This document shows positions 38,852 to 48,087 of a stretch of DNA of 64,000 nucleotides, piece after piece (within the stretch, counting starts at the first letter, position 1; each line of letters starts with the position of its first letter). The stretch spans positions 6,533 through 70,532 of the forward strand of contig JBEKEV010000012.1 of assembly GCA_050013655.1 (NCBI GenBank), given 5' to 3'. Source of the stretch: Bacteroidota bacterium (GTDB lineage: Bacteria > Bacteroidota > Ignavibacteria > UBA10030). Made by a program: the position numbers and the translations under genes. Under the pieces are notes generated by a model that worked only from the letters and a program-made list of their open reading frames with translations, made no database searches and was not told where the DNA came from.

Positions 38852-39859
38852 CTATTGTAACACTACCGCTTTCCCGCGTTTGGCAGACTTGTAAATACTT
38901 TCGATAATCTTCATCCTGTGCACTGCCTCATCACCTGTAGAGATCACCGTGTGCAGTCCGCGTAAAGACCCGATCCAATGCTTCAGCTCATTCTCGTATG
39001 ACTTCCGGTAAAGACTTTGCGGAGTTTCGGTCGATTCCGGTGCAACATTTACTAAACTCCCATGCATCTGCTTGATAATGCGAAATGGATTCAGCGATCC
39101 GCTTCCTTCAGTGCCGAAACAATCACAGTAAAAGAAGTCGGATGTTGATTCGAACGACCAGCTTGCTTCAATCGTGAGAGTGGAACCGTTTTTCATTTTA
39201 AGGAAAACAATGGAAGAATCCTCTACATCCTTTGTGTGATGAGAATAATTTGTCGCCGTCACTTCTTTTACTTCTGGATATCCCATCATCCAGAAGGCAA
39301 GATCGAGCATAACGATACCAAGATCAAGCACAACACCGCCACCGGACTGTGTCTTCTTCGTCAGCCATGCACTCTCCGTATTCAGTTTCTTGAACCATCC
39401 TGCTTTTGCATAGAAGAGTTTGCCGAGCGCTTTATCCTCAATAAAACTTTTGAGAATCATTGCATCCGGACGAAAACGATTATTCATGCCCACCATCAAC
39501 GTTTGATGAAATTTTTTTGCAGCTGCGGCTATTTCTTCCGCTTCAATGGATGTCCGGGCTAATGGTTTCTCCACCAGTATGTTGTTCTTTTCTTCCAATG
39601 CTGCAATCGCCATATCTTTGTGCAGCACGGTTGGCGTACAAATCACAACACCGTCAAGATCTTGTTCGATCACAAGCATCTTCTCATAATTATTGTAATA
39701 CCGGCGTACTTTGAATTTATCCGCCACGTACTGAGCTTTCGCACGGTCAAGATCGCATACTGCGACAATCTCAACATCCGAAAACTTGCTCAGGATAGGA
39801 AGATGAATAGTCTGGGCAACCGACCCGAGGCCAACAATACCAATTCGAGCTTTTTCCAT
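38852..39859 (-). CDS. Gfo/Idh/MocA family oxidoreductase
   Basis: IGIVGLG, VEKP and SGGGVVLDLGIVMLD motifs. Confidence 0.92.
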   Translation of the reverse strand: MEKARIGIVGLGSVAQTIHLPILSKFSDVEIVAVCDLDRAKAQYVADKFKVRRYYNNYEKMLVIEQDLDGVVICTPTVLHKDMAIAALEEKNNILVEKPLARTSIEAEEIAAAAKKFHQTLMVGMNNRFRPDAMILKSFIEDKALGKLFYAKAGWFKKLNTESAWLTKKTQSGGGVVLDLGIVMLDLAFWMMGYPEVKEVTATNYSHHTKDVEDSSIVFLKMKNGSTLTIEASWSFESTSDFFYCDCFGTEGSGSLNPFRIIKQMHGSLVNVAPESTETPQSLYRKSYENELKHWIGSLRGLHTVISTGDEAVHRMKIIESIYKSAKRGKAVVLQ

Positions 39860-39887
39860 ACACGCACCAAAATAATGATTGAATAAA

Positions 39888-41813
39888 TTATGACATGGGA
39901 TTACTGCGTACAGTGTTTAAATGTTTTTTTGCGATTTCAGCGATTCCGGCAGCATCAAGTTTTACCATTCGATGTAATTCTGCAGAAGAACCATGCTCAA
40001 TAAACTCATCCGGCAGTCCATGTATTTTAACAGCAACATTGGAAATACCGAGATGACTGAGTGCTTCCAGCACTCCGGATCCAAACCCGCCGTGAATAAC
40101 ATTATCTTCAATTGTCACGAAAATGTCGATGCGTTGCGCAAGTGACTGTAGCAGTTTTTCATCTAATGGTTTGACAAATCTCATATTCACGACTTCTGCA
40201 TCGATGCCGTCTTTGTGCAACAAATCTGCCGCTGATAATGCATTCGGCACCATATTACCGATGGCTAACAAAGCAATATCTTTCCCTGTACGCAGCGTTT
40301 CTGCTTTGCCGATCTCAATCTTCTGAAATCCATCTCGCATCGGAACACCAAGTGCATTCCCGCGAGGGTATCGAAGTGCAATGGGTCCTTGTTGATACTC
40401 AATGGCGGTAAAGAGCATATCGCGAAGCTCCTGCTCATCCTTCGGCGCCATAACAACCATACCTTGAATACATCGGAGATAAGAAAGATCAAGTGCACCA
40501 TGATGAGTGGCACCATCTGCACCAACCAATCCACCCCGATCCATGACGAATACGACATGTAGTTTTTGGATGGCGCAGTCGTGTACTACCTGGTCAAATG
40601 CGCGCTGCAGAAAGGTTGAATAGATCGCTACTACCGGTATATATCCTTCTGTCGCCATTCCGGCTGCAAATGTAACAGCGTGTGGTTCGGCAATGCCGAC
40701 ATCAAAGAATCTCTCAGGCATTTCTTCATGGAGTTGAATCAGTCCTGTCCCATCCGGCATCGCCGCAGTAATTCCAACAACTTTCGAATTTTGTTTGCAA
40801 ATTTCAACCAATGCTTTTCCAAAGATATCCGTATAGGCGATTGATTCACTGCTTTTCTTTGGTGAAATGCCGGTAATTTTATCAAACGGTGTCACTCCAT
40901 GCAAGCGTGTAACTTCGCGTTCTGCCGGCGCATATCCTTTGCCCTTCGTAGTAATAGCGTGAATGAGAATAGGCCCACTGAGGTCTTTGACATGCTTGAA
41001 TGTCTCGACAAGCTTCACAACATTATGACCATTAATCGGTCCAAAATATCGAAAACCCAATCCTTCAAAGAGCATGCCCGGTGTGACGACCGCTTTAATT
41101 CCTTTCTCCATCCGCTGGGCAACCGTGCGCAGTCGATCGCCGAACGTATCCAATTTGCCCGCTAAATCCCACACATTCGCTTTGAACTTGTTGTATGCGG
41201 GGTGCGTGAGTATTTCTGTAAAGTAATTATGGAAAGACCAAACTCTCGGCTCGAGCGATGACAATGATCCCATTTGATTATCGTTGAGAACCACAATCAG
41301 GTTTTTTTTCAGCATTCCCGCATTGTTCATCGCTTCGTATATCATACCACCTGTCATAGAACCGTCACCGACGATAGCAACGACTTTATAATTTTTTTTC
41401 TCAAAATCTCGCGCTGCTGCAATCCCCAGTGCAGCTGAAATCGACGTACTGGCATGTCCCGCCCCAAATGCATCATATTCGCTTTCGGTGCGTTTGAGGA
41501 ATCCACTCAGTCCACCAAGCTGTCGAATAGTATGCATACGATCCTTCCGACCCGTAAGAATTTTATGCGGATATGCTTGATGTCCGACATCCCAAACTAA
41601 TTTATCTTCCGGTGTATTAAAAACATAATGAAGAGCCACAGCGATCTCAACGGCACCCAGCCCTGCTCCAAAGTGACCTCCGGTTTTCGATACACAATCG
41701 ACGAGGTACTCTCGCACCTCAGCACAAACGATACGGAGTTCTTGTACGCTTAATGTTCGCAGATCCTCGGGAAGATTAATAGAATTGAGATACTTATAAT
41801 CAATATCGCTCAT
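39888..41813 (-). CDS. dxs: 1-deoxy-D-xylulose-5-phosphate synthase
   Basis: WDVGHQAYPHK, GHASTS, GDGSMTGG, FDVGIAE and YSTFLQRAFDQ motifs. Confidence 0.98.
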   Translation of the reverse strand: MSDIDYKYLNSINLPEDLRTLSVQELRIVCAEVREYLVDCVSKTGGHFGAGLGAVEIAVALHYVFNTPEDKLVWDVGHQAYPHKILTGRKDRMHTIRQLGGLSGFLKRTESEYDAFGAGHASTSISAALGIAAARDFEKKNYKVVAIVGDGSMTGGMIYEAMNNAGMLKKNLIVVLNDNQMGSLSSLEPRVWSFHNYFTEILTHPAYNKFKANVWDLAGKLDTFGDRLRTVAQRMEKGIKAVVTPGMLFEGLGFRYFGPINGHNVVKLVETFKHVKDLSGPILIHAITTKGKGYAPAEREVTRLHGVTPFDKITGISPKKSSESIAYTDIFGKALVEICKQNSKVVGITAAMPDGTGLIQLHEEMPERFFDVGIAEPHAVTFAAGMATEGYIPVVAIYSTFLQRAFDQVVHDCAIQKLHVVFVMDRGGLVGADGATHHGALDLSYLRCIQGMVVMAPKDEQELRDMLFTAIEYQQGPIALRYPRGNALGVPMRDGFQKIEIGKAETLRTGKDIALLAIGNMVPNALSAADLLHKDGIDAEVVNMRFVKPLDEKLLQSLAQRIDIFVTIEDNVIHGGFGSGVLEALSHLGISNVAVKIHGLPDEFIEHGSSAELHRMVKLDAAGIAEIAKKHLNTVRSNPMS

Positions 41814-42049
41814 TCTTCATCAGACTCGTTCAATGTAAATTGCCCTTCGATACCTTTCGAAAGTTTTTTGATCTTGAGTTCAGTTGATTTCAATTTTTCC
41901 GCACACTCTTTTGATATTCGAATGCCCTCTTCATATAAATTCACAGCATCGTCTAACGGCACATCGCCGTGTTCAAGTGATTCTACAATCTCTTCAAGCC
42001 GTTTCAGAGAATGCTCAAGTGAGTTTTTGTCCAACTTCTTTGTCGCCAT
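41810..42049 (-). CDS. xseB: exodeoxyribonuclease VII small subunit
   Basis: LEHSLKRLEEIVESLE.GDVPLDDAVNLYEEG motif. Confidence 0.95.
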   Translation of the reverse strand: MATKKLDKNSLEHSLKRLEEIVESLEHGDVPLDDAVNLYEEGIRISKECAEKLKSTELKIKKLSKGIEGQFTLNESDEE

Positions 42050-42051
42050 AA

Positions 42052-43248
42052 TTACTTTCCTTTTTCTACTTGTACGCCAATAGTCCCATCATGGAATTGT
42101 ATCTCCGCCTCATCGCCACGGTGAAGCAAACGTGCACTGGAAACAATTCGTCCTTCTTTCCGAATAATGCTATAACCGCGCTTGAGAACACCATGCGGGT
42201 TTAATGCTTGCAGTTGATATCTCAACGAATCATAACGCTGGTGTGCAGCCCGTGCGATGTGATTGAAAGAGACATCAAGACTTCGATCAAACTCATCCAC
42301 TCGCTGAGAAAATTCCCGAACCAAATTACGCGGTCGATTAAACGAATAGCTTGTCAATAGACTTGCCATTCGTTCACGAAAACTCGACATCTGAGTATCA
42401 ATGGCATTGCGCATAGTATAACATAAGTTGCCAATATCTTCAAGCAATTCCGTTCGATCTCGCACAACCAACTCCGCCGCGGCCGATGGTGTCGGCGCAC
42501 GTAAATCGGCAACAAAATCTGCAATACTAAAATCAATTTCATGTCCCACAGCGCTGACAATAGGAATTTTTGAATCATAGATGGCGCGAGCGACCCTCTC
42601 TTCATTGAACGCCCATAAATCTTCCAGAGAGCCGCCGCCGCGTCCGACGATCAAAACGTCTATGCTGCCATATCGATTCATTTGCTCGATGGCTTCAGCG
42701 ATTTCTTCTGCGGCGCCCGCACCTTGCACACGCACAGAAGCTAGAATTACTCCTACTGATGGATGCCTTCGTGACAACACGCTTCGAATATCCTGCAATG
42801 CCGCACCCGTTTCCGATGTAATGATGCCGATACATTCCGGGAACTCCGGAATTGGCTTCTTATGTGCAGGATCAAACAATCCTTCCGCCGCCAGTTTTTG
42901 CTTAAGACGCTCAAATGCAAGCTGTAGTTCTCCAATACCGACAGGTTGAATCTGCTCAACATCAATTTGATAGTTACCACGCGGAGGATAGACAGTGATA
43001 GAACCACGAGCAATCACTTTCATCCCATCTCCTGGCGCAATCGTAAGATTCGCAACGCGACTTCGCCACATCACAGCGGATATTTGAGCACCTTCGTCTT
43101 TCAATGTAAAGTATAGATGCCCGGAAGTATGCTGTTTAAAGTTGGATATCTCGCCTTCCACCCACATTCGCGGAAAATTAGTTTCCAGCGAGTGCTTGAT
43201 TTGCCTCGTCAATTCGGTAATTGTAACGACATTTTTTTCGGTGGACAT
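42052..43248 (-). CDS. xseA: exodeoxyribonuclease VII large subunit
   Basis: GEISNFK..SGHLYFTLKD, GRGGGSLEDLW, GHEID and RAPTPSAAAE motifs. Confidence 0.98.
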   Translation of the reverse strand: MSTEKNVVTITELTRQIKHSLETNFPRMWVEGEISNFKQHTSGHLYFTLKDEGAQISAVMWRSRVANLTIAPGDGMKVIARGSITVYPPRGNYQIDVEQIQPVGIGELQLAFERLKQKLAAEGLFDPAHKKPIPEFPECIGIITSETGAALQDIRSVLSRRHPSVGVILASVRVQGAGAAEEIAEAIEQMNRYGSIDVLIVGRGGGSLEDLWAFNEERVARAIYDSKIPIVSAVGHEIDFSIADFVADLRAPTPSAAAELVVRDRTELLEDIGNLCYTMRNAIDTQMSSFRERMASLLTSYSFNRPRNLVREFSQRVDEFDRSLDVSFNHIARAAHQRYDSLRYQLQALNPHGVLKRGYSIIRKEGRIVSSARLLHRGDEAEIQFHDGTIGVQVEKGK

Positions 43249-43381
43249 GCAGTAACTCCAACCTCAAATTACCGAATGTTGTTCCCACATTCAACCCTGG
43301 AAAATGAGAATATCTTAATATTGTTAGCCGTTTACCTTTTCCATTTTCCCTTTTTTACTTTTCACTTTTCCATAGCCCACC

Positions 43382-43410
43382 TTGTCTTTTCTTTCGCAGT
43401 TATCTATATT
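43382..43410 (+). promoter_or_regulatory. sigma70-type promoter for bshB1
   Basis: TTGTCT-N17-TATATT followed by a GAGGA RBS. Confidence 0.55.
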
Positions 43411-43435
43411 ATTTACACAATTATGAGGAATTAAT

Positions 43436-44170
43436 ATGAATATGAATGTTGATGTCCTGGCAATCGGAGCACACCCTGATGATCTTGAACTTGCTTGTGG
43501 TGGGACAATCGCGAAGCTTGTCCGACAAGAAAAAAAAGTAGCATTATGCGAGCTTACACAAGGTGAGCTTGGCACGCGCGGCACGAAAGAAATTCGTGCG
43601 AAAGAAGCACAACAGGCGGGAGATATTCTTGGCGCCGTCACACGGCGGAATCTTTACATCCCCGACGGCAATGTTGAAGTCAATAAAAAGAACATGTTGA
43701 AGATCATTACACTCATTCGCGAACTCCGCCCCGCTCTTCTTATTATTCCTTATGGAGTTGAGCGTCATCCAGATCATGTTCATACCAGCGAACTATGCCG
43801 AGAAGCATGGTACTACAGCGGATTAGAAAAGATCAAGACGAAACTCAACGGTAAAGTACAAGAACGCCATCGACCGCATCACTACTTTGAATTTATGCAG
43901 TGGATGGAATTCGAGCCGACATTTATTGTGGACATTAGCGACACATTTGACCTGAAAATGAAATCTGTGCGCGCACATGCCTCGCAATTTTTCAATCCGG
44001 AAAGCAAAGAGAGCGAGACAAAGCTAAGCCGACCCGATTTTTTAGAAGTCATCGAAACTCGCTGCAGGTATTTTGGCTCTAAAATCGGAGTGAAATATGG
44101 TGAACCATTTATATCAAAATGGTCTCTCGGAATTGACAATCCATTCAGTTTTATTGTGAATAGAGGATAA
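43436..44170 (+). CDS. bshB1: bacillithiol biosynthesis deacetylase BshB1 (PIG-L family)
   Basis: AHPDDLEL.CGGT, LTQGELGTRG, RHPDH and HASQF motifs. Confidence 0.9.
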   Translation: MNMNVDVLAIGAHPDDLELACGGTIAKLVRQEKKVALCELTQGELGTRGTKEIRAKEAQQAGDILGAVTRRNLYIPDGNVEVNKKNMLKIITLIRELRPALLIIPYGVERHPDHVHTSELCREAWYYSGLEKIKTKLNGKVQERHRPHHYFEFMQWMEFEPTFIVDISDTFDLKMKSVRAHASQFFNPESKESETKLSRPDFLEVIETRCRYFGSKIGVKYGEPFISKWSLGIDNPFSFIVNRG

Positions 44171-44180
44171 GATTTATTCG

Positions 44181-44340
44181 GACTTTATATTTGAACTCAC
44201 TGAGGAAGAGAAGTCCGAGGTGGTCGCAAATTGTGACTACCTATCCAAGAAAAATTCGATGACTTGATATTCCAATTTGGAATATCAAGATGGGGCGGCA
44301 CACGTTATACGCCAGCTTCGCTTTCGTGGAAATCACGGAT
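44181..44340 (+). pseudogene. relic of ORF6N-domain DNA-binding gene(s)
   Basis: Fragments translate as DFIFELTEEEKSEVVANCDYLSK and, in another frame, FDDLIFQFGISRWGGTRYTP. Both resemble ORF6N core segments. No start codon; frameshifted. Confidence 0.6.
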
Positions 44341-44370
44341 TGACTTGTTAACCGAAAGATTGTAAGTTTG
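44340..44370 (+). promoter_or_regulatory. promoter for the 44397 lipoprotein
   Basis: TTGACT-N17-TAAGTT(TG), then a GAGGAG RBS. Confidence 0.6.
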
Positions 44371-44396
44371 TCTTAGAATGAACAGAGGAGAGATCA

Positions 44397-45434
44397 ATGA
44401 AAAATATAATAACGGTTCTCTTCCTTTCAGGTGTGCTGATGGGATGCGAGAAGGATGAGACGACCCAGCCAACTCCGGAAAAAATCATCTCGACATCATT
44501 CTCAATCACCGATACGCTCGGAAATCCAAGCACCGTATTCCGAACAGGTAAGCCGTTCTACTTGATTTTCCAGATGACCAATAAGACCGGTATAGACCAG
44601 AACTACACATGGACGGAACCTATTTCGGAAATCTATATCACTCGAAACGACACAATCATTTCCCGGCAATTTTATGGCTATGCCTGGCCGCAAATAGTTC
44701 GTCGTGACGTACTGAAAGCCGATTCCTCTTTAACAAACCGATGGCTTGGTCCATTCAATCTTCTGAGTTCTGTGGCTGCCCTGAGTCCAGGTAATTATGT
44801 CGCGGATGTGTTCATTAATGCACGTTTTGACAATGCAGAAATTGAACACCCTCAGCGCATTCAAATAACTATTATCGATACTTCTCAAGTAGTCGTTATG
44901 AAACCCAATATTTATCTCTATCCGCAAACTACACGCAATCTATCCATCGCATTGGAATTTCCGCTGGGAGGATCCGTTCTTCAATCGATTCCATTGTATT
45001 CCAGTGGTTGGAATGTTTCCGTAGAACCGTCCGGCAAGATCGATCGACAGTACGACTATCTCTTTTACGAGAGCAAAAATCCGGATACCTTTCAATATAC
45101 TTCAGGCTGGATTGTCAGCAGAGATACACTTACGTCATTCTTCTCGAACAATCTTTTTCTCGCCGGTTTTAGTCAGCGTGAAAAAAGTGATTTTATCGAG
45201 TACTGGATTCCAAGACTGGTTGGATATCCATATTATATTATTTATCCCCAATTTGCCGATGAGATCGGGAAAGTGATTCGTTTGAAAATCTCCGAACAGC
45301 CAAACAATATGCTTCGCCTCTTCTATGTCATACAAGGAACGAACGACTCCGGAAAGATGCTTCCTGTTCCGTCAATTCCTCAATTTGAAAGGAATGGTTT
45401 TGTCGTTACAGAATGGGGAGTAATACTCAAGTAA
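44397..45434 (+). CDS. hypothetical lipoprotein (Ig-like N-domain plus uncharacterised 'KPxIYLYP...EWG' domain)
   Basis: Lipobox LMGC; C-terminal half KPNIYLYP...YLFYE...DFIEYWIPRL...LRLF...GFVVTEWG. Confidence 0.8.
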   Translation: MKNIITVLFLSGVLMGCEKDETTQPTPEKIISTSFSITDTLGNPSTVFRTGKPFYLIFQMTNKTGIDQNYTWTEPISEIYITRNDTIISRQFYGYAWPQIVRRDVLKADSSLTNRWLGPFNLLSSVAALSPGNYVADVFINARFDNAEIEHPQRIQITIIDTSQVVVMKPNIYLYPQTTRNLSIALEFPLGGSVLQSIPLYSSGWNVSVEPSGKIDRQYDYLFYESKNPDTFQYTSGWIVSRDTLTSFFSNNLFLAGFSQREKSDFIEYWIPRLVGYPYYIIYPQFADEIGKVIRLKISEQPNNMLRLFYVIQGTNDSGKMLPVPSIPQFERNGFVVTEWGVILK

Positions 45435-45456
45435 GTTTGCAAGGAATGAATCTTTT

Positions 45457-45484
45457 GCAGGGACGTTCAACTGAATGTCCCTAC
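45457..45484. repeat. GTAG-type REP-like palindrome at a gene convergence
   Basis: gcagggacgttca-ac-tgaatgtccctac. Confidence 0.6.
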
Positions 45485-45493
45485 GAAGAAACA

Positions 45494-45883
45494 TCAAGAC
45501 TGTTTTTTCATCGCACCGGTTCGCCCTTCATACTTCGAAGGACATTTTGTTAAGATTTCTGTCGCGTGGAAGTAATCGCCGGAATATTTCCCCTTCACAA
45601 CAACACTTGCCGCAAGATCAAAATTGTTTGGTCGGCCGCCGTCAAGCACCACTTTGGAAATTTCTCTGCTGTCGTCTTTTAAATAAAAGGTGAATTGCAT
45701 TTTTTCTGTGTTAAAAGAACTCTCGCGGTCTCTCACCCACTCGCCCTTGACCTGAATTTTCTTTTGGATCCGGCGTGCATCGGCAAAATCACCATACTCG
45801 ACATTGGAATCAAGAAAGTTGATCGTTCCAAGCACAATGCCGACGAGAATGACCAATCCGCCAATAATGATTTTTGTATTCAT
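45494..45883 (-). CDS. ccmE: cytochrome c maturation heme chaperone CcmE (CxxxY variant)
   Basis: N-terminal TM; PNNF...VVVKG...FHATEILTKCPSKY. Confidence 0.92.
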   Translation of the reverse strand: MNTKIIIGGLVILVGIVLGTINFLDSNVEYGDFADARRIQKKIQVKGEWVRDRESSFNTEKMQFTFYLKDDSREISKVVLDGGRPNNFDLAASVVVKGKYSGDYFHATEILTKCPSKYEGRTGAMKKQS

Positions 45884-45887
45884 CCCA

Positions 45888-46025
45888 TTAATCCTTTTTC
45901 AATTGCTTCTCGAGTTGTCCGATCTTCTTATCAAGACGAATGAGATACCATACGATGCCAAGCCATATGAGTAATGTTACAGTTAAGACAATATACAGTT
46001 GGTTCTGACTTAGGAATTCGTACAT
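45888..46025 (-). CDS. ccmD: CcmD-like small membrane protein (45 aa)
   Basis: Below the ORF-track cutoff: MYEFLSQNQLYIVLTVTLLIWLGIVWYLIRLDKKIGQLEKQLKKD. One TM plus a charged tail, GAGG RBS, located between ccmC and ccmE. Confidence 0.85.
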   Translation of the reverse strand: MYEFLSQNQLYIVLTVTLLIWLGIVWYLIRLDKKIGQLEKQLKKD

Positions 46026-46032
46026 AGTTACC

Positions 46033-46737
46033 TCAATGGTCTTTTATTGAAAGTTGATGTTCCACTCGTGCCGCGCGAATGCGCACATTCAGGAGCCATA
46101 TAAACAAGAGACTGAAACCAATAAGACTGGCAAAGAACACAAAGCGCATATTCGGAGGCATGTGAAGCTGCGCAACCGGTGTTGAACCGGATGTATCTCC
46201 TTTTGCCCCGGGATGCAATCCGCCGACAATGCGCGGCATAATAAAAATAAAGAATGGTGCAGTAAGTCCGGCGAGGATCGCATAGACAGCCGAAAGGCGA
46301 GCGCGAACTTCATCCGATCCGAGCGCTGAACGAAGCGAGAAGTATGCTCCATAGATCAGGAGGAGAATAAAAATCGAAGTTTCTCGCGGGTCCCAGTTCC
46401 AGAATGATCCCCAATTGAACTTCGCCCAAATCGAACCTGTCACCGTCGCTAACAAACAGAACATCATTCCAAGCCCTGCGGCAGATACGGATTGAATATC
46501 ATAATCTAAATTCTTCGTCCGCAAATATTTGAATCCATAGTACAACGCCACCAGAAATCCAAGGACCGATGTCCACGCTACTGGAACGTGGAAAAAAATG
46601 TTACGTGCTTTATCTTCAAGTCCCGGAATAATGGGAAACTCAAGAATGCTCTGCGGCTCCGATACCATCGGTATGGCAATACCGGCAATAATAACAAATG
46701 TGACAAGAATAATCGCTAAATATTTGACAGCCTTCAT
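46033..46737 (-). CDS. ccmC: heme exporter/chaperone loader CcmC
   Basis: FFHVP, WWD domain TGSIWAKFNWGSFWNWDPRET and GLHP; start set at MKAVKY. Confidence 0.93.
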   Translation of the reverse strand: MKAVKYLAIILVTFVIIAGIAIPMVSEPQSILEFPIIPGLEDKARNIFFHVPVAWTSVLGFLVALYYGFKYLRTKNLDYDIQSVSAAGLGMMFCLLATVTGSIWAKFNWGSFWNWDPRETSIFILLLIYGAYFSLRSALGSDEVRARLSAVYAILAGLTAPFFIFIMPRIVGGLHPGAKGDTSGSTPVAQLHMPPNMRFVFFASLIGFSLLFIWLLNVRIRAARVEHQLSIKDH

Positions 46738-46738
46738 A

Positions 46739-47410
46739 TCACTCCTTCCAGACATAGTCGAATAAAAGATACGATCCGGCGATCATCACCAGCAGATATG
46801 ACACAAGAATCTGAAACTCACCTAATGCCGCTGTGAACAATTCGCCATCCAACGCGCGAGCAGTCGATTTCATGACCGTCATCAATAATGGAATCAGTAT
46901 AGGGAACGACAGCACAGGGTACAAAGTTCCTTTTGTGTTTGCCTTGGCGATGACAGCAGCGATAATAGTAGCGGCAGAGGCGAATCCAAGGCTTCCCAAA
47001 AAAACAGTGAACCCAAATATTAATGGCGATTTGATAACAAATGCCGGGAATACGACCACATAGAGAACCGTGACCGCTGAAGAAAGTATAAGTGTCAGAC
47101 CGCTATTGAATATCAACTTCCCAAAATATACTACAGAAGGCGAAGCAACAAGCTGGAGTGTCAAGGTCGTTCCCCGTTCTTCTTCACTGACGAATATACG
47201 AGAGAGCCCTGACATCGCTGTGAAGAAAACAACAACCCAGAACATTCCGGAAAGAATTTCCGGATTCACCTCATCGTCACGAAGAGCGAACAAGATGGTC
47301 GCGACCGAAACAACGACGAACATCAAGAGGGCGTTGAGTGCATAGCGTGTACGCAATTCCGATCGTACATCTTTCACAACAATCGCCCAAGTGCTTGCTA
47401 TAGAGTTCAT
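46739..47410 (-). CDS. ccmB: heme exporter permease CcmB
   Basis: KDVRSELR, FVSEEERGT and LYPVLSFPILIPLL motifs. Confidence 0.92.
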   Translation of the reverse strand: MNSIASTWAIVVKDVRSELRTRYALNALLMFVVVSVATILFALRDDEVNPEILSGMFWVVVFFTAMSGLSRIFVSEEERGTTLTLQLVASPSVVYFGKLIFNSGLTLILSSAVTVLYVVVFPAFVIKSPLIFGFTVFLGSLGFASAATIIAAVIAKANTKGTLYPVLSFPILIPLLMTVMKSTARALDGELFTAALGEFQILVSYLLVMIAGSYLLFDYVWKE

Positions 47411-47451
47411 ATTGATTTCACAAATATTCTAAAAACAGGATTTGACAACAA

Positions 47452-48087
47452 CTACCTCTCCGGCATTCCCACGTGAATATTTTGAGCACACCAACCGGCT
47501 TCTTCTTTGTCATTCGTTGCAACAATGAGAATACCTTCTTCCTTTCGTTGTTTCACCATACGTTGAACGAATTCACTCCCTTCCTCATCAAGGTTACTTG
47601 TCGGCTCGTCGAGAATCAACACAATGGGATTATGTAAAAGTGCAAAAGCGTATTTCAACCGCTGCTTCATCCCCGAAGAAAATGTACCAACGAGATCATC
47701 CCTGCGCTGCCACAAGTTAACAATGCTCAGCAGGTCTTTCATCCTACTTTCGTTTTGCTGAGGTGTTGTACGGATGCGGGAAAGAAGTTGAAGATTCTCT
47801 AGCGCAGTGAACTCGTCATACAAATTCAAATACGGCGAGACAAATCCGATATAATGCTTAAATTCTTCAATGCTGACTTGCTTATCATTCAAGGTATAGG
47901 TAAGAGATCCCCGTGTGGAACCAATCAAACCAGCAAGGATTTTCGAAAGCGTAGATTTACCAGCGCCATTCTTTCCGGTAATTGCCAGCGACGAGGGCGA
48001 CGAGAGAGAGAATGATATACCGCGAAAAATGGGACGGCGATTAAAATCCTTTGACAGATCGTCGGCTGTAATAGAGACCTTACTCAT
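47452..48087 (-). CDS. ccmA: ABC ATPase CcmA
   Basis: Walker A GKNGAGKST, FSSGMKQR and LILDEPT; upstream of ccmB; ATG at 48087 overlaps the upstream TGA. Confidence 0.9.
   Translation of the reverse strand: MSKVSITADDLSKDFNRRPIFRGISFSLSSPSSLAITGKNGAGKSTLSKILAGLIGSTRGSLTYTLNDKQVSIEEFKHYIGFVSPYLNLYDEFTALENLQLLSRIRTTPQQNESRMKDLLSIVNLWQRRDDLVGTFSSGMKQRLKYAFALLHNPIVLILDEPTSNLDEEGSEFVQRMVKQRKEEGILIVATNDKEEAGWCAQNIHVGMPER

Noticed and set aside
43324-43641. 105-aa minus-strand ORF with a Lys-rich end
   Set aside because: Antisense to bshB1; the tail comes from the heptamer pyrimidine tract.
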